Source of the DNA: an uncultured Chloroflexia bacterium | GTDB lineage: Bacteria; Chloroflexota; Limnocylindria; Limnocylindrales; CSP1-4 | Length of the DNA: 64,000 bases | Direction: 5' to 3' | NCBI GenBank assembly: GCA_963813335.1 | Contig: CAWEYL010000003.1 | Span: 1-64,000, forward strand | Shown: piece after piece, positions 9,802 to 19,879 of the stretch | Layout: each line of letters begins with the position of its first letter | How positions within the stretch are numbered: the stretch's first letter is position 1 | Program-made: the position numbers and the translations under genes | The notes under the pieces: generated by a model | The model's database searches: none | What the model was told of the DNA's origin: nothing | The model's input: the letters and a program-made list of their open reading frames with translations, nothing else

Positions 9802-11727
9802 TCACTCCTCCTCGTCGGCCGAACTGGGTCGCCTGGACCGGGCGATCAGGACACCCGCCACGATGAGCACGATCCCGATGACACCGATGATCAGCAAGGT
9901 GCTGGTCCCGCCGCTGGTCGTCGAGGAGTCCGTCGGACCGCTTGGCGCCGGTGTCGCCGGTGCCACCGATGCACCGGGCGACGTTGCGGCCGACGCGGCG
10001 GCCGGGGGCGACGCGGTCGGAGCCGGACCGGGCGCTGTCAGGTAGTCATAGCCCGCGGTCCCGTAGGCGAAGAACGGCAGGCCATCCTTCTCCGGCGACA
10101 GGCGCCAGCCGCCGAAGCGGTCCGTCCGGTACGCCGACAGCGCCGCGTCGTAGAACAGCACGTGATACGGCGCCTTGTCGTACAGGATCTGCTGCATCTC
10201 GTTGATGAGCGCCTGGCGCTTGGTCGGATCGTTCTCGGCGCCCTGGAGCTTGAACAACTCGTCGTAGCGGGGGTCCGAGAAGAAGCTGTCATTGCCGCCG
10301 CTGGGAATGCTCTCCGTGGTGGCGATCTTCAGCAGCGAGTTCGGATCGACGTCGCCGGCCCAGTTCCAGACGATCACGTCGAACGAGGCCTTGCCGGGCG
10401 GGCTGGCTTCGGGTGGCTTCTGGAGTGCCGACACCGCGTCGGCATCCAGCGACTGTGTCGTGACGCCGATCCCGAGCTCCTTCCACCAGGCTGCGAGGAA
10501 CTCGGCACTCTGGCTGTAGGTCGTCGACGACGATGGCACGACCATCTTGAGGTTGATCGGCTTCGATTCGTGGTCGAGGAGCTTGCCGCTCGCGTCAAGC
10601 TTGTACCCGGCATCCGCGAGCTTCTGCTTGGCAAGGGCGATGTCGAAGGTCCGCAGGTTCTTCGGTTCCAGGTGCCAGAACCCGCCCGACATCGCGGGCG
10701 GGATGATCGTGCTGCCGACGAGACCGTGACCACCGAGGACCTTGTCGACGAGAGCGGCCTTGTCGATCGCATACCCGAGTGCGTCGCGGAACGCAGGATC
10801 TCGCACCGCCGAGGTCGACGCGCCGCCGCCGTCGATCGGCTTGCTATACGTATTGAAGACCATGTGCGTGAACGCGTTCGCCTCCGCCGCCGTCGTCGAC
10901 TCGAGAGCCACGATGTCCTTCGTGCCCTTGAGCGCCGCGAACTGGTCGGCCGTCACGTTGCGGGCGTAGTCGATGTCACCCGACTTGAGCGCTTCGACCA
11001 TCGCCGCTTCATTCTTGAAGAATTGGATGTAGGTCTCGTCCTGGTACGACTTCGGGGTCGGACCGAGGTAATTGGGATTGCGGACCATCCGGACGTACTC
11101 GCCGGGCTTCCACTCCACGGCCTGATAGGGCCCGGTCCCGACGACCGGTACGTTGTTCGGGTCGGTGTTGATGTCCCGCTTCTCCCAGATGTGCTTCGGG
11201 AGGATCGGCAGGTATGAGGTGAGGATCTGCTGGTTGGGGGTCTTGGTCTTCAGGACGAGCGTCTGTGCGTCCGGCGCGCTGACCGATGTGACCCCGGCGT
11301 AGGTGAGGTACACGTCGAGGTAGCCGACGCCGACGTATCCGCGGCCCGCCTGCTCGTCGAGCAGCTTCTGGATGGTCCACAGCGCATCTGCCGATGTGGC
11401 CGGCTGGCCATCCGACCACTTGAGGTTCGGGTCGATCTTGAACGTCCACGTCGTGCCGTCCTGGGTCCACGACTTGGCGAAGCCCCCGATGGGTTCGGCA
11501 TTCAGGCCGAAGTCGACCAGGCCCTGATAGTTGAGATTGAAGACCTCCCAACCGACGTAGTACTCGGTCAGGTAGGGGTTCATGGCGTCCAGGTCCTGGA
11601 CCGTGCCGACCCGGAGGACGACGGGATCCGCCGCGTGGATGGAGGCCGCCCCCGGCAGCAGGAGCGCCGCCGTCAGGCCGGCTGTGGCCACGATCCTGAC
11701 GAGCCGAGCGCGCGCGGACAGTCGCAT
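9802..11727 (-). CDS. ABC substrate-binding protein family 5 with C-terminal membrane anchor
   Basis: KWSDGQP.TSADA, VGTGPY, FRDAL.YAIDK; SPase I-type signal peptide; P/A/S/T linker then TM helix and RSRR; GGAGGAGG RBS. Confidence 0.92.
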   Translation of the reverse strand: MRLSARARLVRIVATAGLTAALLLPGAASIHAADPVVLRVGTVQDLDAMNPYLTEYYVGWEVFNLNYQGLVDFGLNAEPIGGFAKSWTQDGTTWTFKIDPNLKWSDGQPATSADALWTIQKLLDEQAGRGYVGVGYLDVYLTYAGVTSVSAPDAQTLVLKTKTPNQQILTSYLPILPKHIWEKRDINTDPNNVPVVGTGPYQAVEWKPGEYVRMVRNPNYLGPTPKSYQDETYIQFFKNEAAMVEALKSGDIDYARNVTADQFAALKGTKDIVALESTTAAEANAFTHMVFNTYSKPIDGGGASTSAVRDPAFRDALGYAIDKAALVDKVLGGHGLVGSTIIPPAMSGGFWHLEPKNLRTFDIALAKQKLADAGYKLDASGKLLDHESKPINLKMVVPSSSTTYSQSAEFLAAWWKELGIGVTTQSLDADAVSALQKPPEASPPGKASFDVIVWNWAGDVDPNSLLKIATTESIPSGGNDSFFSDPRYDELFKLQGAENDPTKRQALINEMQQILYDKAPYHVLFYDAALSAYRTDRFGGWRLSPEKDGLPFFAYGTAGYDYLTAPGPAPTASPPAAASAATSPGASVAPATPAPSGPTDSSTTSGGTSTLLIIGVIGIVLIVAGVLIARSRRPSSADEEE

Positions 11728-11843
11728 CGAGTCCTCCTCCGACGGCGGTCCGTCGCCTCCCCGGATCACCGCGTCATCTGGCGTTTGGGTGGCGGTACGT
11801 TGGCACAGGTCGCGCAACCGTGCAACGGCCGCCCCACTATGCG

Positions 11844-13025
11844 CTACACCATCCAGGACGTCGCCGGTTCCCGCTCGAGCAGGATGGGCCGATCGATGCC
11901 GAATCGCGCCAGCTCGGGCGCCGACGGCGTTGTCCCGTCGAGCCCCATCTCGGCCGCGATCCGGCCGAGCACCGACGCGAACTTGAACGCATGGGCGGCG
12001 CCCAGCAGCACGATGACGCCGGGCGCCTCGGGCAGCCGGTCCACCACGAAGTCGCGGTCCGGCGTCAGGGTGTACAGGCAGGTCTTCGTGTAGATCGCCG
12101 GGGCGAGAGCCGTCGGGAGGTGGCGGCCCATGAACGCTCGCAGGCGGGCGTCGGCGCCCTCGTCGAGCTCGAAGGTGCGCTCCGCCGGCGTCGTCGCCTG
12201 GCCGCCGCAGTCCTGGGCGGCCTTCGGGCCGGCCTCACCGTAGGTCGGGAAGCCGTAGAACGACGGGTCGTCCATCCAGATCCAGACCGGGAAGCGGTCG
12301 GGCGCGAAGGCGGCGGGGTCCGCCGCCGCGAAGTAGGTGACCTGCTCCTTGGTGATCGTCAGCGGCAGGCGGCGCCCGAACGGCTCGAGCAGCTCGTTGG
12401 TCCAGGCGTCGGCCGCGACGACGACGCTCCGGGCGCGGTGGGTCACGCCGCCGGCGACCAGCTCCACCTCACCGCCGACGTCGCGCAGCGAGGTCACGGG
12501 CGTCCGGTCGAGGAGCGTCGCCCCATGGGCCTGGGCGAGCCGGCGGTGGGCGGCGTTCCCCTTGAACGGGTCCGCGAGCCCGCCCTGGGCCTGGAACATC
12601 GCGGTCGTGCCCGGATCAAGGCGCCACTGCGGCCAGCGGCGCATCACCTCGTCGCCGTCGAGGAGCTCGAACGGGACGCCTTCCGCGGCGAGGCTGTCGG
12701 TGTAGTCCGCCTTGGGGATCGCGGGGTTCGCGGGCCACAGGTCGAGGCCGCCGGTCACGGTCACGACCCGGTCGCCGGACTCGGCCTCCACCTCGGCCCA
12801 GGTCTCGTAGGCGCGCCTGGCGAGGCGGACGTAGTCGGGCCGGTGGTAGGAGAGCCGGATGATCCGGCTGTGGTCCGCCGAGGCGCCGTTGGCGTGACCG
12901 AACTCGAACTGCTCGAGACCGAGGACGCGGGCGCCCGGATGGGTCGACGCCCAGTAGGCGGCGCCGGAGCCCAGCGCGCCGAGCCCGACCACGATCAGGT
13001 CCCACTCGTTCCGTTCGGCGGTCAT
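11844..13025 (-). CDS. solA: N-methyl-L-tryptophan oxidase / monomeric sarcosine oxidase family
   Basis: DLIVVGLGALGS, GASADHSRIIR, TCLYTLTPDRDFVVD, AHAFKFASVLG. Confidence 0.85.
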   Translation of the reverse strand: MTAERNEWDLIVVGLGALGSGAAYWASTHPGARVLGLEQFEFGHANGASADHSRIIRLSYHRPDYVRLARRAYETWAEVEAESGDRVVTVTGGLDLWPANPAIPKADYTDSLAAEGVPFELLDGDEVMRRWPQWRLDPGTTAMFQAQGGLADPFKGNAAHRRLAQAHGATLLDRTPVTSLRDVGGEVELVAGGVTHRARSVVVAADAWTNELLEPFGRRLPLTITKEQVTYFAAADPAAFAPDRFPVWIWMDDPSFYGFPTYGEAGPKAAQDCGGQATTPAERTFELDEGADARLRAFMGRHLPTALAPAIYTKTCLYTLTPDRDFVVDRLPEAPGVIVLLGAAHAFKFASVLGRIAAEMGLDGTTPSAPELARFGIDRPILLEREPATSWMV

Positions 13026-13082
13026 CGATCGATGGTAGGTGGCCGCGGTCCGGCGCCGCCCGCCTGTCCCGTTCGCCGGTCT

Positions 13083-13126
13083 GTGCGCACGGTCGTGTGC
13101 TATGGTGTGCGCATGAACGTGCGCAC
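13083..13126 (+). promoter_or_regulatory. probable vapBC autoregulatory operator and leaderless promoter
   Basis: GTGCGCAC palindromes at 13083-13090 and 13119-13126 plus GTGCGCAT over the ATG; TATGGT -10 at 13101-13106. Confidence 0.55.
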
Positions 13127-13376
13127 GAACCTCATGCTCCCCGAGGAGCTGGTCAAGGACATCGATCATTTCGCCGGGCCCCGCGGCCGCAGCCGGTATG
13201 TCGCCGAGGCGCTCGCCGCCAAGGTCAAGCGGGACCACCTTCGCGAAGCGATCGCCGAGACGGCCGGCATCTGGACGGCCGAGGAGTATCCGGAGTTCGC
13301 GACGTCCGAGATGGTGGTCGAATGGGTGCGCGAGGGCCGACGAGCGACCAGGGATCCCTGGTCAGACGAACGCTGA
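13113..13376 (+). CDS. vapB: ribbon-helix-helix antitoxin (VapB-like)
   Basis: MNVRTNLMLPEELVKDIDHFAG..GRSRYVAEAL (RHH); TGATG overlap with the PIN gene. Confidence 0.8.
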   Translation: MNVRTNLMLPEELVKDIDHFAGPRGRSRYVAEALAAKVKRDHLREAIAETAGIWTAEEYPEFATSEMVVEWVREGRRATRDPWSDER

Positions 13377-13756
13377 TGGTCGCCTACCTGCTGGATTCCT
13401 CGTTCCTGATCGACCACCTCCGCGGGTTCCCGCCCGCGACCGAGCGTTTCAACGCGCTCAATGAGGTGGGCGACACGCTGATGATCTGCGACATCACGGC
13501 CGCCGAGGTCTGGTCGGGACGAGCCTCCGAGCACGCCCGGATCGAACGGTTGCTGCGGTACCTGGAGTTCGTCCAGCCTGGCCCTCCGACATCGATGCGC
13601 GCAGGGATCTGGCGCGCCGAGGCCCGTGATCGGGGCCGCACGCTCGACATCCCGGACGCACTCATCGCCGCGACCGCATACGACCTCAAGGCAACGTTGC
13701 TGACCCGGAATGTCCGCGATTTCGAGCTGACGTCCGTCCGCATCGAGACCTACTGA
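13376..13756 (+). CDS. vapC: PIN-domain toxin (VapC)
   Basis: YLLDSSFLID, TAAEV, DALIAATA, LLTRNVRDF. Confidence 0.9.
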   Translation: MVAYLLDSSFLIDHLRGFPPATERFNALNEVGDTLMICDITAAEVWSGRASEHARIERLLRYLEFVQPGPPTSMRAGIWRAEARDRGRTLDIPDALIAATAYDLKATLLTRNVRDFELTSVRIETY

Positions 13757-14328
13757 CGGCCCTCCCGGAGCAGCGCCACCCGCTGGATGGCGAGCATGCT
13801 CATCGCGTCGGCGATGCGGCCGTCCAGGGTCATCGCCAGCGCCTCGTCGAATGGCACCCAGCGGACCTCGAGCGCCTCGCTCGGCTCGGGCGACGACAGA
13901 CCATGGGTCAGCCCGGTCGCGAGATAGAGGAACGCGACCTCGTCGGTGACCGAGTTCGAGAGCTCGACGCGGGCGAGCTCCCGCCATTCCGCCGCTTCGA
14001 GGCCGGTCTCCTCGCGCAGCTCGCGCTTCGAGCCTTCGAGCGGGTCCTCGCCGTCGGGGACGCCGCCCTCGGGGATCTCCCAGGAATAGGCGTCGAGCGT
14101 GTAGCGGTGCTGGCCGACGAGGACGACGCGGTCCTGGTCATCGATCGCCAGGACGCCCGCCGCGACGTTCTCGAAGTGGACCACGCCGTAGATGCCGGGA
14201 CTGCCGTCCGGGCGGGTGACGTCGTCGTGCCAGATCGTCAGCCACGGGTTCTCGTAGGCGGTCCGGCGTGACCGGCGCACCCACGGGCCGGACTCGACCG
14301 GCGGCTCGTCGCGGGGCGGCTCGTCCAT
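13750..14328 (-). CDS. NUDIX hydrolase (ADP-ribose pyrophosphatase-like)
   Basis: Nudix box GGVPDGEDPLEGSKRELREETG; QHRY...WEIPEG. Confidence 0.92.
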   Translation of the reverse strand: MDEPPRDEPPVESGPWVRRSRRTAYENPWLTIWHDDVTRPDGSPGIYGVVHFENVAAGVLAIDDQDRVVLVGQHRYTLDAYSWEIPEGGVPDGEDPLEGSKRELREETGLEAAEWRELARVELSNSVTDEVAFLYLATGLTHGLSSPEPSEALEVRWVPFDEALAMTLDGRIADAMSMLAIQRVALLREGRQ

Positions 14329-14397
14329 CGCCGCATCGTCGCACGCGGCGAGCTGGACTGTCGGCGGGCCGGCGTTGGCCCCTAGACTCGGGCGACG

Positions 14398-16462
14398 ATG
14401 CCGACCGAGCGAACCGCCAGCCAACCGCGCTTCGAGCCCGCCGTCCATCGGGACGTCCGCATCCCCGCGCGCGACGGTGTCGAACTGTCGGCCAACCTCT
14501 GGCGTCCGGCCAGCGAGGCGGCCGGACCCGTGCCGGCGATCCTCGAGATGATCCCGTACGGCAAGGACAACTGGCGCCGCAATGCGGATACGGCCCGCGG
14601 CGAGTGGTTCGCGGCACGCGGCTACGCGCTCTGCCGGGTCGACGTTCGCGGAACGGGGTCATCGGGCGGCGTCGCGCTCGACGAGTACACCGAGGACGAG
14701 ACGCGCGACGGCTTCGATGCCGTCGAATGGCTGGCCGCCCAGTCGTGGTGCACGGGCGCGGTCGGGATGTGGGGCATCTCGTACGGCGGCTTCACCGCGA
14801 TCCAGGTCGCCAAGCTGCGCCCGCCGCACCTGCGGGCGATCGTGCCGGTCCAGGCGACCGACGACCGGTACCGCACCGACGTCCACTACATCGGCGGGTG
14901 CGTCACCGCCAGCGAGCTCTCGCAGTACGCGGTCAGCCAGGTCGCGATGAACGCGATGCCGCCGGATGCCGGGTTCCGCGGCGAAGCCTGGCTCGACGAG
15001 TGGCGCGGACGACTCGAGGCGACGCCGCCATGGCTCATCGCGTGGCTGCGCCAGCAGACCGACGGGCCGTACTGGCGGCCCGGCTCCCTGGCGCCGGACT
15101 ACGACGCGATCGACGCGGCGATCCTCAGCATCGGCGGCTGGTGCGACGCGTATGTCGATGCGGCGTTCCGGATGCAGGCGCGATGCACCGCGCCGACGCG
15201 GACCCTCGTCGGCAACTGGGTCCACGGCTGGCCCCACGACTCGCCGCCGGGGCCGACCCTCGACGAGCTCCACGAGGTCGTCCGGTTCTTCGACCGATGG
15301 CTGCGCGATGTACCCAACGGGCTCGACGAGGAGCCTGCGGTCGTCTGGTTCGAGCGGGAGTACGCGGAGCCGGAGGCGTTCCCCGAATCGTGGCCCGGGC
15401 GGTGGCGGGCGGCCGACGCCTTTCCGCATCCGGCGACGATGGTCCGGCCGTTCCTCTTCGAAGGCGGAGCGGTGGCACTCGCCGGCCGGCTCGTGGAGCG
15501 GGGTCCGGTGACGCGCGGCGTGGACACCTATCGGCACCGAGCGACGGTCGGCACCGGCGGGAGCCTGTCCTGGGGCGCCGGCGGGATCCCCAACGGCCTG
15601 GCGCGCGACCTCCGGCCGGACGAAGCGATGGGGCCGGTCTTCACGAGCGCTCCCCTCGTCGAGCCGCTGTCCATCCTGGGCGAGCCGGTCGCGGTCCTGC
15701 ACCTCGCGGTCGACGCGCCCGTCGCGACCGCCGTGGTCCGCCTTGCCGACGTGGCGCCCGACGGGACGTCCGCGTGGGTCTCTGCCGGGATCCTGAACCT
15801 CACGCATCGCCGATCGGACACGGATCCGGAGCCACTCGTGCCCGGCGAGCTGGTCGAGGTACGGGTGCCGCTGCGGCACGCCGGCTACCGGTTCGCGCCG
15901 GGACATTCGATCCGGGTCTCCGTGGCGTCCTCGGCGTGGCCGGTGATCTGGCCGTCTCCCGTTGCCCGCCGACGTTCTCGCTGCACCGCGGGCGACGCGA
16001 CCCCGTCGCGGGTCGAGCTGCCGGTGATCACCGGCGGCCGGCGGTCCGAGCGACCGGCCGGTACCGGCGTTCAAGACGACGCCGCCGGAGCTGCGCGAGG
16101 TCGGTGGTGGCGGGCCTTCGGACGAGCCGCAGTGGCGGATCGAGGAGGACGTGATCCGCGGCACGACGACGGTCACGATCCACGACGGCGGCGAGGACAT
16201 CCTCGAGGACGGCCGGCGGCTCTACGCGGCGGAGACACTGCGACTGACCGCGTCCGACCGCGACCCCGCCCTGGCCACCCTCGACGCCGACGTCGTCTAC
16301 CGCTGGACCGATGCCGGTCATGCCATCGAGATCCGCGCGAAGAGCCTGCAGACCAGCGATCTCGAAGCGTTCGACCTGGGCGTCGACCTCACGGTCGACC
16401 TCGATGGCGAGCGCTTCTTCGAGCGCTCATGGCAGGAGCGGATCCCGCGGCATCTGGTATGA
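14398..16462 (+). CDS. CocE/NonD family hydrolase (Xaa-Pro dipeptidyl-peptidase-like), with several indels at ~15955-16035
   Basis: IPARDGVELSA, PYGK, VDVRGTGSSGG, GMWGISYGG, GGWCDAY, GNWVHG; the C-terminus continues in another frame (…FKTTPPEL…WQERIPRHLV*). Confidence 0.85.
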
Positions 16463-16490
16463 CGCTTGCACGGCGACGTACCGTCGCACG

Positions 16491-17009
16491 ATGACGGTCG
16501 AGATCGAGTTCCTGCCGGACCAGCGTGAGGCGGATCTCGCCGAAGCCACCGATCCGGTCGAGCTCTTCGGCGAGACGCTGCTCCTGGTCCGCGTCCGGTT
16601 CAGGGTGGATGGCCAAGACGTGATCCCGCTCGTTCGGGCGACGGTCGATCGATGGGTCGTCGACGAGGCCGGCGTCGCTGACCGCTCGGAGCCGACGTCC
16701 GAGGAGATCTGGCGCCAGCAGCCGCTGATCGGGCTGCTCACCGGCCTGGAGCGCGCCGTACGGGAAGCGAGCCAGCGCGGCTCATCGACCTGCTACCTGA
16801 TCGAGTCTGCCGATCTCACCTTCGTCCGACGAGGCGGAGCAGCGCTTGCGGTGACATCGCCCGATCGGACGAGGACCGCGATCGCTGCGGTCGACGAGTT
16901 CACTGGGGCGCTTGCGACCTTCCGTGGAGCCGCGCGATCCTGGCTCGAAGAGGCGGCCCCGCAGCTGGCCGCCCACCTGTCCTGGGTCGAGTGGTTCCCG
17001 CCAGTCTGA
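16491..17009 (+). CDS. hypothetical protein
   Basis: 172-aa ORF with plausible codon usage; TACCGT 6 nt before ATG; no recognised motif. Confidence 0.65.
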   Translation: MTVEIEFLPDQREADLAEATDPVELFGETLLLVRVRFRVDGQDVIPLVRATVDRWVVDEAGVADRSEPTSEEIWRQQPLIGLLTGLERAVREASQRGSSTCYLIESADLTFVRRGGAALAVTSPDRTRTAIAAVDEFTGALATFRGAARSWLEEAAPQLAAHLSWVEWFPPV

Positions 17010-17037
17010 TCTCGCCCCGCCTCGATAGACTGCCGGC

Positions 17038-17775
17038 GTGAACGACGACGGCTATTTCGGCGAAGAGGTCGCCGCCCGGTATGACGACCCGGACGACGAG
17101 GCGTCGTCGCCGGACGCGATCGAGCCCGTCGTCGACCTCCTGGCCGACCTTGCCGGGAGCGGTCGAGCCCTGGAATTCGCCATCGGGACCGGCCGGATCG
17201 CCCTGCCGCTCGCGGCGCGGGGCGTGCCGGTCGCCGGCATCGACATCTCGCGAGCGATGGTCGCGCGGCTGCGCACCAAGCCGGGCGGCGATGCCATCGA
17301 GGTCGCCATCGGCGACATCGCGACCACCCGCGTCGACGGCTCGTTCTCGCTCGTCTACCTCGTCTTCAACACGATCATGAACCTGACCACGCAGGCGGCC
17401 CAGGTCGCCTGCTTCCGGAATGCCGCGGCGCACCTCGCGCCGGGCGGTTGCTTCGTGATCGAGACGATGATCCCCGAGCTGCAGCGGCTGCCGCCGGGAG
17501 AGACCTTCCGGACATACGGCGTCCCCGAGGCCTCCTGGTCGTTCGACGAGTACGACGTCGCGAACCAGGGGCTGATCTCGCACCACTTCGACACGGTGGA
17601 CGGTGTGGTGGTGCGCAACTCGATCCCGTTCCGCTATGTCTGGCCCGCCGAGCTCGACCTGATGGCCGAGATGGCCGGCATGCGTCTGCGCGAACGCTGG
17701 GGCGACTGGCACGGCGCCCCGTTCACGGGCGACAGCCCGAAGCACGTCTCGGTCTGGGAGAAGCCCAGGCCATAG
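17038..17775 (+). CDS. class I SAM-dependent methyltransferase
   Basis: ALEFAIGTGR, GIDISRAM, VYLVFNTIMNL, HLAPGGCFV, ELDLMA. Confidence 0.92.
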   Translation: MNDDGYFGEEVAARYDDPDDEASSPDAIEPVVDLLADLAGSGRALEFAIGTGRIALPLAARGVPVAGIDISRAMVARLRTKPGGDAIEVAIGDIATTRVDGSFSLVYLVFNTIMNLTTQAAQVACFRNAAAHLAPGGCFVIETMIPELQRLPPGETFRTYGVPEASWSFDEYDVANQGLISHHFDTVDGVVVRNSIPFRYVWPAELDLMAEMAGMRLRERWGDWHGAPFTGDSPKHVSVWEKPRP

Positions 17776-17865
17776 GCCCGATCAGCCGGGCTCGAGGTCG
17801 CCGGACGATCCGGTCACGCGGGTCGCGACGGAATCGAACGGCACCGGGCGTAGGCTCACGTCGAC

Positions 17866-18474
17866 ATGGAAGAGACGACCGGCCAGTCACCCGACCCGCC
17901 GAGCGTGTGGCAACGGCCACCGCCCGGTCCGGTCCGCGGCCCGCTGGCGCGTCCCATCGGCTGGGTCCGCCGGCCGCTCGGACCCTACGTGTTGGCCGTC
18001 CTGCTCGCACTGCTCTCGCTGCCGGTGGTCCTGCTCGATGTCAAGGCGTGGGCGGCGCCGTACACGGACTATCGCGACCTCCCCTTGCCGCCGACTGATC
18101 CGGGTGCGATCAGCGCCGCGCTGCTCGCCGTCGTGCTCGCCGCGATCGCGGGGTCGCTCGTCGGCCTTCGCTTCGTTCGGAGCAACGCCGTCGGCGGATG
18201 GGTCGTGACCGTCGTCGTGGCATGGTTCACCGCGATCCTCGTGCTCCCGGTCGGGCCGACCCTCGCCGGCCTGCCCTATCACACGGCCCAGGTGTGCATC
18301 GACGGTTGCCGTGCCTGGATCACCTCGCCCGGGATCGGCGCGGAAGCGCTGGCGCTGGGGTGGTGGCTGTCACCGTTCTACGCGCCCTGGACGCTGCTCG
18401 CGCTTGCCGTTGGCGCCGCCATCTGGGCCTGGATCGTGCGCCTGTCGATGCGACCCGTCGACGCCGCCCCGTAG
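17866..18474 (+). CDS. hypothetical membrane protein (about 5 TM helices, CxxxC loop)
   Basis: Several long hydrophobic stretches; VCIDGC. Confidence 0.65.
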   Translation: MEETTGQSPDPPSVWQRPPPGPVRGPLARPIGWVRRPLGPYVLAVLLALLSLPVVLLDVKAWAAPYTDYRDLPLPPTDPGAISAALLAVVLAAIAGSLVGLRFVRSNAVGGWVVTVVVAWFTAILVLPVGPTLAGLPYHTAQVCIDGCRAWITSPGIGAEALALGWWLSPFYAPWTLLALAVGAAIWAWIVRLSMRPVDAAP

Positions 18475-18484
18475 ACTGCGCGGC

Positions 18485-19663
18485 ATGACGCACCCGCGCA
18501 TCTCGGCCAGGGCCGCCAGCTTCACCGAATCGGTCATCCGCGAGATGAACCGGCTGGCCGTGATCGAGGGTGCCGTCAGCCTGGCCCAGGGCTTCCCCGA
18601 CTTCGCCTGCCCGCCCGAGCTGAAGGACGCCGCCGCGCGGGCCCTCCACGACGACATCAACCAGTACGCGACGACCTGGGGCGCCAAGCCGCTCCGCGAT
18701 GCGATCGCGACCTCGACGGTCGAGCACTTCCCGGGCTGGTCGCCGATCGATCCCGAGACGATGGTGACCGTTACGTGCGGCGCGACCGAGGCGATGGTCG
18801 CCGCGATGCTGGCGCTGCTCGACCCGGGCGACGAGGTGATCGTCTTCGAGCCCTACTACGAGAACTACGGCCCCGACGCGATCCTGTCCGGCGCGGTCCC
18901 CCGCTACGTGACCCTCCACGAGCCGGACTGGTCGATCGACCCGGACGAGCTGCGCGCGGCCTTCGGGCCGCGGACGCGCGGGCTGGTCCTCAACTCGCCG
19001 CACAACCCGACGGGCAAGGTGTTCACGCGCGCGGAGCTCGAGCTGATCGCGTCGCTCTGCATCGAGTTCGACGCCATCGCCTTCACCGACGACATCTACG
19101 AGCACATCGTGTTCGAGGGCGAGCACATCCCGCTCGCGACGCTCCCCGGGATGGCCGAGCGGACCGTCTCGATCCACTCGATGTCGAAGTCGTACTCGGT
19201 CACCGGCTGGCGCATCGGCTGGGCGATCGCCGCGCCCGACCTGACCGTCGGCATCCGGCGCGTCCACGACTTCCTCACGGTCGGCGCGGCGGCGCCACTC
19301 CAGGCGGCCGCCGTGGTGGCGCTCCAGTTCCCGCCGGCCTACTACACCGACCTCGTCGACGGCTACCGCCAGCGGCGGGACCATCTGCTCCCCGCCCTGC
19401 GCGCGGCCGGCTTCCGCGTCTCGGATCCCGCCGGCGCCTACTACGTGATGACCGACACCTCGGACCTGACCGACGAGGACGACGTCACCTTCGCGATGCG
19501 CCTGATCCGCGACCCCGGCGTCGCGGCCGTGCCGGGCTCGTCGTTCTTCTCGCGGCCGGAGCTGGGCCGCTCGAAGCTGCGCTTCGCGTTCCCGAAGCGC
19601 ATCGAGACGCTCGATGCCGCCGCGGAGCGCCTGGCGAGGATCGGCTCGACGGTCTCGGCCTAG
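18485..19663 (+). CDS. PLP-dependent aminotransferase class I/II
   Basis: LAQGFPD, TCGATEA, NSPHNPTG, DDIYEH, SMSKSYSVTGWRIG. Confidence 0.93.
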   Translation: MTHPRISARAASFTESVIREMNRLAVIEGAVSLAQGFPDFACPPELKDAAARALHDDINQYATTWGAKPLRDAIATSTVEHFPGWSPIDPETMVTVTCGATEAMVAAMLALLDPGDEVIVFEPYYENYGPDAILSGAVPRYVTLHEPDWSIDPDELRAAFGPRTRGLVLNSPHNPTGKVFTRAELELIASLCIEFDAIAFTDDIYEHIVFEGEHIPLATLPGMAERTVSIHSMSKSYSVTGWRIGWAIAAPDLTVGIRRVHDFLTVGAAAPLQAAAVVALQFPPAYYTDLVDGYRQRRDHLLPALRAAGFRVSDPAGAYYVMTDTSDLTDEDDVTFAMRLIRDPGVAAVPGSSFFSRPELGRSKLRFAFPKRIETLDAAAERLARIGSTVSA

Positions 19664-19704
19664 ACCGGGACCACCCGGGGTGACCCGGCCGGATCCGCCC
19701 GTTG

Positions 19705-19835
19705 ACCATGCGACGAACGACGACCGCGGATCCCGGCTCCTGAGTCTCACCGCGGGCGTTCCCGCGTCGTTCGGTCGTGCGGGGAGCCGATCGGCGCCTG
19801 ACGCGAGGTTCGGCGCGGTTCGTCCGTCGGATGGT
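19705..19835. repeat. imperfect inverted repeat between convergent genes
   Basis: ACCATGCGACGAACGACGACCGCG versus CGCGGTTCGTCCGTCGGATGGT. Confidence 0.45.
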
Positions 19836-19879
19836 GCCGAAGGTGGTCCAGGCGGTCGACCCGGCATCGCCGCGCGGAG

